Of a stretch of DNA of 32,000 nucleotides, positions 1 through 12,167 are shown piece by piece; position 1 is the stretch's first letter, and each line of letters begins with the position of its first letter. The DNA is taken from positions 1,560,001-1,592,000 of the forward strand of contig NC_000917.1 in the NCBI RefSeq assembly GCF_000008665.1. The letters run 5' to 3'. The position numbers were made by a program, and so were the translations under genes. The notes under the pieces were generated by a model. The model worked only from the letters and a program-made list of their open reading frames with translations. It had not been told where the DNA came from and made no database searches. The DNA comes from Archaeoglobus fulgidus DSM 4304 (GTDB taxonomy: Archaea > Halobacteriota > Archaeoglobi > Archaeoglobales > Archaeoglobaceae).

Positions 1-1701
1 CCTTCTGGCCAATCCAGCGAAAGTTCTGAGGCCTTCAACCGCAAGCTCCTCGTACCTTCTCTCTCCAGTAATGGCGCTGAGGGCTAAAAGAAGCTGTGGA
101 GCTGAGCCGTTCACTGACTGAGTTGGGCTGTCGTGGAAGTTTTTAAGCCTGATTCCAAGCACAGCCCTCTCAGAGTCGAAGAAGCCCCCATCTTCGCCAT
201 CCCAGAATTTTTCGACCGCTGAATCAACAATTTCAAAACACTTTTCGAGGTATTCGTGCCTCTGCGTAACCTCAAAGAGGGCCAGAAGCCCTCTGGCAAA
301 GAAGATGTAGTCCTCCGAGAGCCCTTCTACGTTATGAGTGTGGAGAAGCTCCCTACCATCCCAAAACTCCTTTAGCAGCCTGTTGGCCGTTTTCTCTGCC
401 ATTTCAAGGCTCCAATTATCCCCAAAAACCTTGTGGTGCATACACAATGCCTCAATCATCAATCCATTCCATCCAGCGTAGATGGTGGTGTCGATGTAGG
501 GCATCTCCCTCTGCTCCCTGAACTCCAGCATCTTCCTCCTTGCGGAATTAACAGCCCTCTCCACCTCTTCAACAGAAACTCCGAGGATTTTTGATATCTC
601 CTCCTCGGTAAGGAAGATTCGGGGAAGCTTTCTCTCTCCCTGAATGTCGTAGTAAAGGGTAGCTATCCTGAACTCCCTCTCATCGAGAATTTCCTTCAAT
701 TCTCTGTCGCTGAAGAGGTAGTAACCCCCCTCGTCGAGCTCTCCTATGTCCGCATCCTGTGAGGCGTAAAAGCCCCCCTCATTGCTGCAGCCAAATTTTC
801 TGTAATATTCAACAATCCCATCGGCAATTTTCTGGTAAAGCCTCTTTCCTGTTAAGGCGTAGGCGATGGAGTAGAGATAAAGCAGCTCGGCGTTGTCGTA
901 GAGCATCTTTTCGTAGTGCGGTGTGACCCACTTCGCATCGGTGGAGTATCTGAAGAAGCCACCAAGCAAGTGGTCGTAGATTCCGCCCCTCGCCATTGCA
1001 TCGAGCGTTATCTCTGCAGCCTTCAGCACCTCTTCATCTCCAGTGAAAAAGTGGTGAGTAAGGAGAAGCTCAACGGCCTTGGCGTGATGAAACTTTGGGG
1101 CTGAGCCGAATCCACCATTAACGTAATCCGTTTGATCCAGAACTGCCTCAATTCCCTTATCAAGCAGTTTTTCATCAACATCCCCTTTAAAGCTGCCCTC
1201 AGCATACCTCCTTACAGCTTCTGTAAGCTCCTCGGCAGATTTCAGCAGCCTCTCTCTGTCGTGCCTCCACATCTCCGCAATTTTTCTCAGCACAGTTTTG
1301 AATCCGGGAAGATGATAGCGGTCTTCGGGAGGAAAGTATGTCCCCCCGAAAAAGGGCTTGCCATCAGGGGTAAGGAAAACTGTTAGCGGCCACCCACCGC
1401 TTCCTGTGGTGGCCATTACAAACTCCTGATACCTCTTGTCGATGTCGGGCCTTTCATCCCTGTCCACCTTTATGGCCACAAAGTTCCTGTTAATCATTTC
1501 AGCAATCTCTTCATTCTCAAAACTCTCTTTCGCCATCACGTGGCACCAGTGGCACCAGACACCACCTATGGAGAGCAAAATAGGCTTATCTTCTTTCTTT
1601 GCCTTTGCAAAAGCCTCTTCTCCCCACTCAAACCACTCAACCGGCTGATTTGCGGCTTTGCGTAGATAGGGGCTACGGGAGTTGATTAGACGATTGACCA
1701 T
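1..1701 (-). CDS. Thioredoxin-domain / DUF255 (YyaL-like) protein, 3' end outside window
   Basis: Minus-strand reading from ATG at 1701 gives [86 protein letters not shown], the typical N-terminus of this family including WCHWC. Absent from the ORF track because it runs off the left edge. Confidence 0.9.
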   Translation of the reverse strand, partial: MVNRLINSRSPYLRKAANQPVEWFEWGEEAFAKAKKEDKPILLSIGGVWCHWCHVMAKESFENEEIAEMINRNFVAIKVDRDERPDIDKRYQEFVMATTGSGGWPLTVFLTPDGKPFFGGTYFPPEDRYHLPGFKTVLRKIAEMWRHDRERLLKSAEELTEAVRRYAEGSFKGDVDEKLLDKGIEAVLDQTDYVNGGFGSAPKFHHAKAVELLLTHHFFTGDEEVLKAAEITLDAMARGGIYDHLLGGFFRYSTDAKWVTPHYEKMLYDNAELLYLYSIAYALTGKRLYQKIADGIVEYYRKFGCSNEGGFYASQDADIGELDEGGYYLFSDRELKEILDEREFRIATLYYDIQGERKLPRIFLTEEEISKILGVSVEEVERAVNSARRKMLEFREQREMPYIDTTIYAGWNGLMIEALCMHHKVFGDNWSLEMAEKTANRLLKEFWDGRELLHTHNVEGLSEDYIFFARGLLALFEVTQRHEYLEKCFEIVDSAVEKFWDGEDGGFFDSERAVLGIRLKNFHDSPTQSVNGSAPQLLLALSAITGERRYEELAVEGLRTFAGLARR

Positions 1702-1767
1702 CAAAAAACATTGTTACGCAACTTTATAAAGATGGTGAAGTTTTAATATGGCCTGAAAAAACGCTTT

Positions 1768-2985
1768 TTGATGAAAATTGCTGTGGTTGGAGCGGGGCTT
1801 ACAGGGCTCAAGACGGCGAAGGAGCTTGCAGAGCATGCCAAAGTTGTGGTCTTTGAGCCTGATGACGTGGGAGGGCTTGTGGCAACCTTCAGGGAATTCA
1901 GCATCGAGAAGTTCTACCACCACTGCTTCAGGGATGACGCCTTCCTGCTTGAGGAGATAAAGAGGTGCGGGCTGAAGTCGAAGCTTGTGTGGAAGATAGC
2001 AAAGACTGGATTTGCTGCCAACGGTAAAATTTACCCCCTCAACACTCCTTTTGAAATTCTTCGCTATCCTCTCCTTACCTTTGGTGAAAAAATCAGGCTT
2101 GCGAGGTTCACTCTGAAGAGCAGGAAGCTGAACTATGAGGATTTTGATGATGTTGGTGTAAGTGAGGGGATAAGGGAAGAGCTTGGAGAAGGGCTGCTTG
2201 AGCGCTTTTTCATGCCCCTCCTGAGGTCGAAGTTTGGGGAGAATGCTGAGAAGGTGAGCTACGCATGGCTGCTTGGGAGGGTTGCGATAAGGAGCAACAG
2301 GAAGTACTCTGGAGAGGAGATAGGCTACATAAGGCACGGGTTCCAGCAGCTTGTGGATAAGATGGCCGAGGGGCTGGAGATAAGGAGAGAAAGGGCGAGA
2401 ATCAGGAAAAATGCCAGATGGGACGTGAATGGTGAGGATTTTGATGCTGTTGTGTACACAGCCCCCCTCTCAGAGCTTGGCGAGCTGGCAGAGAAGCTCG
2501 GAATTCCGGAAGTCAGATACCAGAGCTCCGTCTGCGCCCTGATTGGGGCTGAGGAGACACTGACTGAGAACATCTACTGGACGAACATCGCTGATAAGAT
2601 GAGCTTCGGGGCGGTTATTGAGCACACGAACTTCATGCCCTTCGAGGACTACGGCATCCACCTCATGTATCTGGCAGCCTACTCCACTCCAGACGGCTGG
2701 CTTTTCAATCTGAGCGATAAGGAGATAGAGAAGCTCTTCCTCTCCGACCTCAGAAAGCTCGGATTTAAGACAGAGAGTGTGAGGTTTGTTAGGGTCTTCA
2801 AAGCAAAGTACAGCGGGCCGATTTACGAGAAGGGATACAGGAGAAAGATAACTCCCTATAGAGTTGCGGAGGGCTTTTACGTTGCGGGAATGACCTCAAG
2901 GCCGAACTATCCGGAGAGGAGCATGAATGGAAGCATTAGGGCGGGCAAAGAGGTTGCAGAGCAGGTTAAGGAAGATCTTCTGTAA
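1768..2985 (+). CDS. FAD/NAD(P)-dependent oxidoreductase, amine oxidase / protoporphyrinogen-oxidase-like
   Basis: 405 aa ORF; N-terminal Rossmann motif MKIAVVGAGLTGLKTAKELAEHAKVVVFEPDDVGGL and C-terminal GFYVAGMTSRPNYPERSMNGSIRAGKEVAEQ. Confidence 0.85.
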   Translation: MMKIAVVGAGLTGLKTAKELAEHAKVVVFEPDDVGGLVATFREFSIEKFYHHCFRDDAFLLEEIKRCGLKSKLVWKIAKTGFAANGKIYPLNTPFEILRYPLLTFGEKIRLARFTLKSRKLNYEDFDDVGVSEGIREELGEGLLERFFMPLLRSKFGENAEKVSYAWLLGRVAIRSNRKYSGEEIGYIRHGFQQLVDKMAEGLEIRRERARIRKNARWDVNGEDFDAVVYTAPLSELGELAEKLGIPEVRYQSSVCALIGAEETLTENIYWTNIADKMSFGAVIEHTNFMPFEDYGIHLMYLAAYSTPDGWLFNLSDKEIEKLFLSDLRKLGFKTESVRFVRVFKAKYSGPIYEKGYRRKITPYRVAEGFYVAGMTSRPNYPERSMNGSIRAGKEVAEQVKEDLL

Positions 2986-4072
2986 TTTTCTCAATAAGCA
3001 TCGCCAGCCTGACCTTGGCATAATCAACAAATTTTTCGCTGAGGGTTATCTTTGAGCCTTCGAGCCTGCAAACTCCGCTCTCCTCGGCTTTTCTCAGAAA
3101 ATCCCCTGAGTAGCTCAGAATTGGATAGATGTCGGAGTGGCTGAGCGGATACGTCAGGGCCATGAACTCCCTCAGGTAATCTCTGGGGATTTCTGCAAAG
3201 CTGAACTTCATTAATGCTTCAACAGCCTCCCTTGCAATTCTGTACTCCTCTCCGAGGTAGTGTCCGAAGGGCGAGTATTTTTTAACCTTGAAGGCCAAAC
3301 CGAGCTTGCTTAGAGTTTGAGCGAGCTTCACTGCCTTTCCGTTTAATGCGGTATCAACAAGAAATCTGCAGAGAGCTGTTTTTGGGTGCAGAGCTTCGTC
3401 AACAGCAAACCTTTCCTCGCTCAGCTTCCGCATAAAGCTGAGGAGAGATTTGAGGTCGTAGTCTTCCAGATCAGCCGTCTTAAAAACCTTCAGGCCTGCA
3501 GACATGCCAAGGGCGATTATGTAGTTTTCTGGAGTTGAAAGCTTTCTGAGTCTTTTCTCGAACAGCTCGACTCTCCTCAATACTACCTTTTTCGCTGCTG
3601 TGTAGCCGTCATGAGTGAGGCATACGAACATCTGTGGATTGAGCTTTGGCTTTGAATATGAGACAGCATAACCGAACCTTTTCAGGTCTGGCAAAGTTGA
3701 GTTCAGCGGTCTGTAATCAATTTCCTTCTCGTAAACCTCGCCTGTGATGTAAAGATAAGCCAGAGCATCCTCAATGGCCTTTACGTATGCAGAGGGAGCT
3801 TCAAGCTCCTCGTCATTCAGCTCGGGAGCGGGAATGCCAAACTCCTTGCAGAACTCTTCGACGGAGTCAACTATTATCACATCCCTGAAGGGGTGGGAGC
3901 TGAGTCTCTCCGCACAGGATTCGTAGCTTCCATCCAATATGTCAATGCCAATCCTCTTTCGAGGGATGGCTAAGTCAATCCATCCAATTCCTACCTTGTA
4001 GGGCGAGACAGCTCTAACTCCTGAATTTCTGAGATTTCTGGCAATTTCCTCTCGCAGCCTAAGGAACATCAT
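2966..4072 (-). CDS. Conserved hypothetical protein, 368 aa
   Basis: Long ORF, plausible codon content, convergent 20 bp overlap with the upstream oxidoreductase; no confident family match. Confidence 0.75.
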   Translation of the reverse strand: MMFLRLREEIARNLRNSGVRAVSPYKVGIGWIDLAIPRKRIGIDILDGSYESCAERLSSHPFRDVIIVDSVEEFCKEFGIPAPELNDEELEAPSAYVKAIEDALAYLYITGEVYEKEIDYRPLNSTLPDLKRFGYAVSYSKPKLNPQMFVCLTHDGYTAAKKVVLRRVELFEKRLRKLSTPENYIIALGMSAGLKVFKTADLEDYDLKSLLSFMRKLSEERFAVDEALHPKTALCRFLVDTALNGKAVKLAQTLSKLGLAFKVKKYSPFGHYLGEEYRIAREAVEALMKFSFAEIPRDYLREFMALTYPLSHSDIYPILSYSGDFLRKAEESGVCRLEGSKITLSEKFVDYAKVRLAMLIEKITEDLP

Positions 4073-4161
4073 TGAAGTTTTGTGGGGATGTTAATTTTGT
4101 TTTTTGTTTCGTTAGCTGAACCGCCATGTAAAAATTTTAAAATCCGACACCAACAGCATGC

Positions 4162-4701
4162 ATGCTCGATTTAATTCTCAAAACAATCTGGCTTCTTCTC
4201 CCCTGCTACACCCCCAACAACTTCGCCGTTCTTGTTGGCGGCGGAACGCCGATAGATTTTGGAAAGACCTTTGTTGATGGAAAAAGGATACTCGGGGACG
4301 GTAAAACATGGAGGGGATTCGTTGGGGGCGTTGCGGGTGGAGTTTTGACGGCCAATCTTCAGTATGCAATTGAGAAGCTTTCGGGATTGGCAATTTACTC
4401 TTCTCTCCCCTTTAACGAGTTTTTCACGCTTACGTTTCTCCTTGCCTTCGGGGCTATGTTTGGAGACCTTTGCGGAAGTTTCATCAAGAGGAGATTCGGT
4501 TACGAAAGGGGCTCGAGATTTTTAATCGTTGACCAGCTTATGTTTCTTCTCGTTGCCCTGCTTATCGCCTCGCTTTATCCACCCTTCTGGAAGCTGTTTA
4601 CGGCTGAAATCATCGCTCTGGCTGTCATCATCACACCCGCCCTTCATATGGGGATAAACTATATTGCCTACAGGCTGAATCTAAAGGAGGTGCCGTGGTG
4701 A
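4162..4701 (+). CDS. carS: CDP-archaeol synthase (CarS, formerly DUF46), integral membrane
   Basis: MLDLILKTIWLLLPCYTPNNFAVLVGGGTPIDFGKTFVDGKRILGDGKTWRGFVGG, characteristic of the CarS family. Confidence 0.92.
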   Translation: MLDLILKTIWLLLPCYTPNNFAVLVGGGTPIDFGKTFVDGKRILGDGKTWRGFVGGVAGGVLTANLQYAIEKLSGLAIYSSLPFNEFFTLTFLLAFGAMFGDLCGSFIKRRFGYERGSRFLIVDQLMFLLVALLIASLYPPFWKLFTAEIIALAVIITPALHMGINYIAYRLNLKEVPW

Positions 4702-5231
4702 TGTTGGCTGATGCTTTAGTCAAGAGAATGATAGAGGTCGGAGCGCTGAAGTTCGGTGACTTTGTGCTGTCTTCAGGCAAGAGGAGCAGAGTTTACGTCG
4801 ATGTGAAGCTCGCCTCCACCTTCCCCGACATCCTTGAGATGATTTCTGAAGGCATGGCGGCAAAGCTGAAAGACTTGGAATTTGACAGAATTGCCTGCGT
4901 TGAGCTTGGTGGTGTGCCCATAGCGGTCGCGCTTTCGCTGAAAATGAAAAAACCACTCGTTATTTTCAGGAAGGAGAAAAAGGACTACGGCATCAAGGGC
5001 GACAGAATTGGGGAAGTGAAAGAAGGGGAGAAAGTTGTGGTTGTGGAAGATGTCATAACCACCGGCAGCTCTGCCCTCTCGGCAGCGAGGAGAGTTGAGG
5101 AGAGCGGTGCGAGCGTAGCGGCCATTATCGCGGTTGTTGATAGGGAGGAGTCAGGAAGGAATTTCATGAGCCTTCTTAAGCTCAGCGACTTAATCGAGGC
5201 GCACGACTCCATCCAGCCCACCGAATCTTAG
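4701..5231 (+). CDS. pyrE: Orotate phosphoribosyltransferase
   Basis: PRPP-binding motif VVVVEDVITTGSSALSA; YGIKGD loop. Track start is 4695 (GTG), but ATG at 4701 follows GGAGGTG with an 8 nt gap and overlaps the carS stop by one base (TGATG). Confidence 0.92.
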   Translation: MLADALVKRMIEVGALKFGDFVLSSGKRSRVYVDVKLASTFPDILEMISEGMAAKLKDLEFDRIACVELGGVPIAVALSLKMKKPLVIFRKEKKDYGIKGDRIGEVKEGEKVVVVEDVITTGSSALSAARRVEESGASVAAIIAVVDREESGRNFMSLLKLSDLIEAHDSIQPTES

Positions 5232-6128
5232 CTCCTCAAGCTCCTCTTTTTTGAACTCCTGGTCTGGGTAGAAATCGTAGCTCTCGAAAGACCTCACCAC
5301 CACCTCGGTAGGGAAGCCGATTAACTCTGCCAACACCTTTCCATCCTTCTTTCCCACCTTCGCCCTGTCGAACTCCCTGATAAATTCTTCCAGCAAGTCT
5401 GAATTGCACTCGCTAAAGTTGTTGTTAACGGCAAGGGTGCAGCAGAGGTAATCCCCAATGTGCTCGTTGAAGGCCTCCTTTTTTCCCTCAAGCATTGTGA
5501 AGTACGGCTCCCATATCGCTATCGCCCTCAACTCCCCCAGGGATTTTATCATGCTTTCAGGGCCTCTGAAATACCTTATGGAGCCCTTTAGCCCTTTCAA
5601 CTCGAGATATTTCCTTAAATTTCTTTCCATGGTTGAGAATTCGGAGCAGCCCCAGTAATCGGAGCTTATACCTGAGAAAACGAGTCCCCCTCCGTTTAGA
5701 GCCACCTTTCTTACAATTGTGATGTTTTTCATAAGGATCCCAAAGACCGCTTGAGTTATGAACGGAGAAGCTGCTATGTCGATGAAACCGTAAACGAGGT
5801 CCTTTGTGATTTCGATGCTGCTATCGTAAACCCTTATATGCGCATTGAGCTTCTTTGAGGCCCTCATCACTCTCGGATACTCGCTGGCCCTCAAAATCCC
5901 CACTCTTACCACACCACTTAAAGGTTCGGGAGAGTACTTCGCAAGCCAGACTCTGTAGGACTTTCCGGAAACCTTCTTTCTGACAACTTCCTTCACATCT
6001 TCAAGCATAGAGAGTGTTTCAGAAACTGTTGATTTCGATAAACCGGTAAGGCGAGGTATCTCGCTCTGTAAAACTCCCTCTTCCTTTGCATTTTCCAGAA
6101 CTCTTTTTATCTTTTCAGCAGCGTACAT
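5190..6128 (-). CDS. Winged-helix DNA-binding domain fused to a periplasmic-binding-protein-like (NMT1/THI5-like) domain; probable one-component regulator
   Basis: N-terminus MYAAEKIKRVLENAKEEGVLQSEIPRLTGLSKSTVSETLSMLED is MarR/IclR-like wHTH. The rest (RVGILRASEYPRVMRASKKL..., GFIDIAASPFITQAVFGI..., AIAIWEPYFTML) resembles substrate-binding domains. The track extends to 6455, but residues before MYAAEK look non-coding. Confidence 0.7.
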   Translation of the reverse strand: MYAAEKIKRVLENAKEEGVLQSEIPRLTGLSKSTVSETLSMLEDVKEVVRKKVSGKSYRVWLAKYSPEPLSGVVRVGILRASEYPRVMRASKKLNAHIRVYDSSIEITKDLVYGFIDIAASPFITQAVFGILMKNITIVRKVALNGGGLVFSGISSDYWGCSEFSTMERNLRKYLELKGLKGSIRYFRGPESMIKSLGELRAIAIWEPYFTMLEGKKEAFNEHIGDYLCCTLAVNNNFSECNSDLLEEFIREFDRAKVGKKDGKVLAELIGFPTEVVVRSFESYDFYPDQEFKKEELEELRFGGLDGVVRLD

Positions 6129-6290
6129 TTTGGTATAGTACGCTAGAAAGGTATTTAGTGTTATCCTCAATATTTTCAGTGCTTGATTCCGGCAAGAGTT
6201 TAGATGTTTGGATAAATTGTTTAAATATGGTGCAGGACACTCCGCTAATTTTTTATAAGTTGACGGAGAGAGACTCAGAGGTGTTCTGAA

Positions 6291-6866
6291 ATGGCCAAGG
6301 TTCTTGACATAGATGAAAAGGACAGATTGATACTCGAGCTTCTCGAAAAAGACCCGGAAATGTCTCAAAGCGAAATAGCGAAGGTTGTAGGACTTTCGCA
6401 GCCTTCTGTAGGAAGCAGGATAAAAAAGCTCAAAGAGCTGGGTGTTATAAGCCACGCGTACGGGCTCAACATAAAACGGTCAGGTCTGTACGTTCTTAAG
6501 GTTGATGTGAAATGTAAGAGACCATCTGAAATCCTAAATAAGCTTTCAAACTGCCCGTTTTTCCTCAACGGACTCGTCGTGGCTGGAGAGAAGAATATTA
6601 CGATTTTGCTTGCTGGCGAAGACCTGACAACTCTTGAGGCTATTGTTGATAAGCACATCAGAGCCGAACCTGAGGTTTACGATGTTGAGGCAGGAATAAT
6701 TGTCAGGGCTGAAAGAGACGCTGTTATGCCGATTAAGATGTACATTGAAAGGCAGAAAGAGGTGCCATGCGGCGATGAAAGCTGCACGAATTGCAATTAC
6801 TGGAAAATTGACCTCTGCCTCGGCTGTCCCGTAACCGGGCACTACAAGGGAACCCTTTGGAAGTAA
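6291..6866 (+). CDS. Lrp/AsnC-family regulator with C-terminal Cys cluster
   Basis: MAKVLDIDEKDRLILELLEKDPEMSQSEIAKVVGLSQPSVGSRIKKLKELGVISHAYGLN HTH, RAM-like middle, C-terminal CGDESCTNCNYWKIDLCLGCP. GAGGTG ribosome-binding site 7 nt before ATG. Confidence 0.88.
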   Translation: MAKVLDIDEKDRLILELLEKDPEMSQSEIAKVVGLSQPSVGSRIKKLKELGVISHAYGLNIKRSGLYVLKVDVKCKRPSEILNKLSNCPFFLNGLVVAGEKNITILLAGEDLTTLEAIVDKHIRAEPEVYDVEAGIIVRAERDAVMPIKMYIERQKEVPCGDESCTNCNYWKIDLCLGCPVTGHYKGTLWK

Positions 6867-6867
6867 A

Positions 6868-7431
6868 ATGCTCAGCCGAATAAAACCTCTCACGACGGAA
6901 CTCGTCTCTCCGGTGGCATTAAGACTGTCCAAACTCGGAGTAAAGCCCAACCACCTCACACTCGCCGGTCTGGTTTTTGCTCTCATCTCCTCTTACCTGA
7001 TAATTGAGGGCAGGATATTGCATGCAAGCATCTTCGTCCTGCTCAGCAGCCTTTGCGATTTGCTTGACGGGGCGCTGGCGAGAAAGGCAGAGTTAACCAC
7101 AAAGTTTGGGGGCTACCTTGATTCAGTGACTGACAGATACGTTGACGTCATCCTCTTCATCTCCCTCGGAATCTACGGCGTTGACTGGGTTGCCATCGCA
7201 ATGGCGATGAGCGGAGCTTTGCTTGTGAGCTACACGAGGGCGAGGGCCGAAACAATTATCGAGAAGTGCGATGTTGGTATAGCAGAGAGGAGCGAGAGGC
7301 TTTTGATTCTGCTTCTGGGGATGCTTACAGGATACATTTACGAGGCTGTTTTGATTATAGCTGTTTTAAGCCACATCACTGCCCTGCACAGGGTTGTTTA
7401 TACTTACTCAAGAACAAAGGAGGGGGATTAG
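6868..7431 (+). CDS. CDP-alcohol phosphatidyltransferase, probable archaetidylinositol-phosphate synthase or related archaeal phospholipid synthase
   Basis: CAPT motif DLLDGALARKAELTTKFGGYLDSVTD matches Dx2DGx2ARx8Gx3Dx3D; multiple hydrophobic segments. Confidence 0.9.
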   Translation: MLSRIKPLTTELVSPVALRLSKLGVKPNHLTLAGLVFALISSYLIIEGRILHASIFVLLSSLCDLLDGALARKAELTTKFGGYLDSVTDRYVDVILFISLGIYGVDWVAIAMAMSGALLVSYTRARAETIIEKCDVGIAERSERLLILLLGMLTGYIYEAVLIIAVLSHITALHRVVYTYSRTKEGD

Positions 7432-7955
7432 GCTTTCGTTATTCTGAGCTTCATCAAATCCTCCCTTATCTCGCATTCAAACCCCATCTTTTCCAGAAGA
7501 ACCTCCATAAGCATTTTAACGAACTTCTTCGTCTTTTCGTGATTGAGCAGAAGAACAAATTCGTTTTTCTTAACCTGCAGCCTGAAAAAATTGCATGCTT
7601 CGAGTCTGCGGAGCACGTACTCCAAATCTTTACCACTGAACTCCTCTGCGTGAGCCTTAGCAATTTCTCTGTGAAGCTTCCAGAAATCCTCTCCGCTGGG
7701 GTGAGACTCTATGAATTCAAGAAGAGAAATCCAGTGGTCTATGTCCAGAACAACGTGCTCACCTTCACCGAGCATTTCAATATAGGTGGAAACTTTTTCT
7801 CTGTCGAACTTTTCAAGAAATTTGTAATCCCTGTAGAATTTAATAACTCGCCTGATAATCTCACTTTGGGATAAACCTAACTCCTTTTTCAGCTCCTCAA
7901 ATATTTTAACGCTCTCGTCATCCAAAGCAATGGTTACTCTAACGGGATTTCGCAT
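7428..7955 (-). CDS. Ribbon-helix-helix (CopG-like) DNA-binding protein with C-terminal domain
   Basis: MRNPVRVTIALDDESVKIFEELKKELGLSQSEIIRRVIKFY is a classic RHH motif. Track start is 8003; ATG at 7955 immediately precedes the RHH strand. Confidence 0.8.
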   Translation of the reverse strand: MRNPVRVTIALDDESVKIFEELKKELGLSQSEIIRRVIKFYRDYKFLEKFDREKVSTYIEMLGEGEHVVLDIDHWISLLEFIESHPSGEDFWKLHREIAKAHAEEFSGKDLEYVLRRLEACNFFRLQVKKNEFVLLLNHEKTKKFVKMLMEVLLEKMGFECEIREDLMKLRITKA

Positions 7956-7984
7956 AGCCGTTAACACACAAGGCTGTTTAAAAA

Positions 7985-8013
7985 TTTTGTGAATAACTCT
8001 CAATTTTTGTGAA
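7985..8013 (+). promoter_or_regulatory. Direct repeat TTTTGTGAA x2 spaced 20 bp, candidate operator between the RHH gene and amt
   Basis: TTTTGTGAA at 7985-7993 and 8005-8013, read directly. Confidence 0.5.
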
Positions 8014-8047
8014 GAAATCTTAGAAATGTCAAAAAAATATTAAAAGA

Positions 8048-8057
8048 TTTTTAAAAA
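8048..8057 (+). promoter_or_regulatory. Candidate TATA box (TTTTTAAAAA) for amt, about 25 nt upstream of ATG 8078
   Basis: A/T box at archaeal TATA distance from the start codon; ATG 8078 has no clear SD upstream, suggesting a leaderless mRNA. Confidence 0.4.
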
Positions 8058-8077
8058 CAACACTAAAACTTGAGTTC

Positions 8078-9819
<1,742 letters not shown>

Positions 9820-9822
9820 TTT

Positions 9823-10536
9823 TTGATGATTATGTACAGAAGAATTCACAACAACATATACCAGATAAAGCCGGGAAGACTTTCCAGCCATTGCTACCTT
9901 ATCACTGCAGAGCTTAATGCTCTCATAGATTCGGGCACGGCAAGGGACTTTCCAAAGCTGGAAAGAGAGCTTGGAGAGATCGGTCTGAATGCAAAGGATA
10001 TTGACATCGTCATCAACACACATGAGCACTTTGACCACATTGGGGGGAACCTCTTCCTCCAGAAGAACTCCATAATCATGGCCCACAGACATGCGGCTGT
10101 TAAGATAATTTATGGCGATGATGAGGTTATGATGTGCAGAACTCACGGTCAGAGGCCGGTTGGTTATAGAGTTCACGTGTGGTTGAACAATATAGATGCC
10201 GTGGATCTGGGCGGCGTTTTTCTGAGGGTTATGCACACTCCAGGCCACACCTCAGGGTGCATCTGTCTCTACGACCCCAGAAACAGAATTTTATTTTCAG
10301 GAGACACTCTTTTCGCTAACGGAACACTATCTTCGATTTACAATTCCGGAAGCTTGGGTGAGTACTTCAATTCTTTGAGGAAAATTAAAACCATGAAGAT
10401 TGACCTTCTTCTGCCCGGACACGGCAGGATTTCAGGGAATGTCGAGGTGGACATCGAAAGAACCCTTGAAAACACGATTAGAACCTTTCCTGACGCCGAA
10501 TACATTGCCAAAATGCTTGGTTTAACGGAAAATTAA
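9823..10536 (+). CDS. Metallo-beta-lactamase-fold hydrolase
   Basis: HxHxDH motif in VINTHEHFDHIGGN, later MHTPGHTSGCICLYD and LFSGDTLF. Confidence 0.92.
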   Translation: MMIMYRRIHNNIYQIKPGRLSSHCYLITAELNALIDSGTARDFPKLERELGEIGLNAKDIDIVINTHEHFDHIGGNLFLQKNSIIMAHRHAAVKIIYGDDEVMMCRTHGQRPVGYRVHVWLNNIDAVDLGGVFLRVMHTPGHTSGCICLYDPRNRILFSGDTLFANGTLSSIYNSGSLGEYFNSLRKIKTMKIDLLLPGHGRISGNVEVDIERTLENTIRTFPDAEYIAKMLGLTEN

Positions 10537-10570
10537 AAACTTTTTAGAAAAAAACTAAAAAACTGAAGAA

Positions 10571-10597
10571 TTGTGAAAAGTTATGAGTTTTTGTTAA
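10571..10597 (+). promoter_or_regulatory. Direct repeat TTGTGAA / TTGTTAA spaced 20 bp upstream of the second amt
   Basis: TTGTGAA at 10571-10577 and TTGTTAA at 10591-10597, same 20 bp period as upstream of the first amt. Confidence 0.45.
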
Positions 10598-10631
10598 ATA
10601 TTTTTTTAAATTCGGGCTTAATTTCTGAGCT

Positions 10632-12138
<1,507 letters not shown>

Positions 12139-12167
12139 ATTTTATTTTTTATAAAATATATAAAAGC

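Noticed and set aside
6129-6455. N-terminal extension of the wHTH gene in the ORF track
   Set aside because: MAYNTQLFELFYPASYRRL... is non-domain-like, overlaps the divergent Lrp-type gene and contains its probable promoter; the real start is likely ATG 6128.
6365-6986. Antisense ORFs 6365..6658 and 6546..6986 (-) over the Lrp-type gene
   Set aside because: The plus-strand ORF has full family motifs; antisense products lack any recognisable domain.
7266-7874. 202 aa + ORF opposite the ribbon-helix-helix gene
   Set aside because: Translation (HPTLFHKNLHKHFNELL...-like) is unstructured and the opposite strand encodes a convincing RHH protein.
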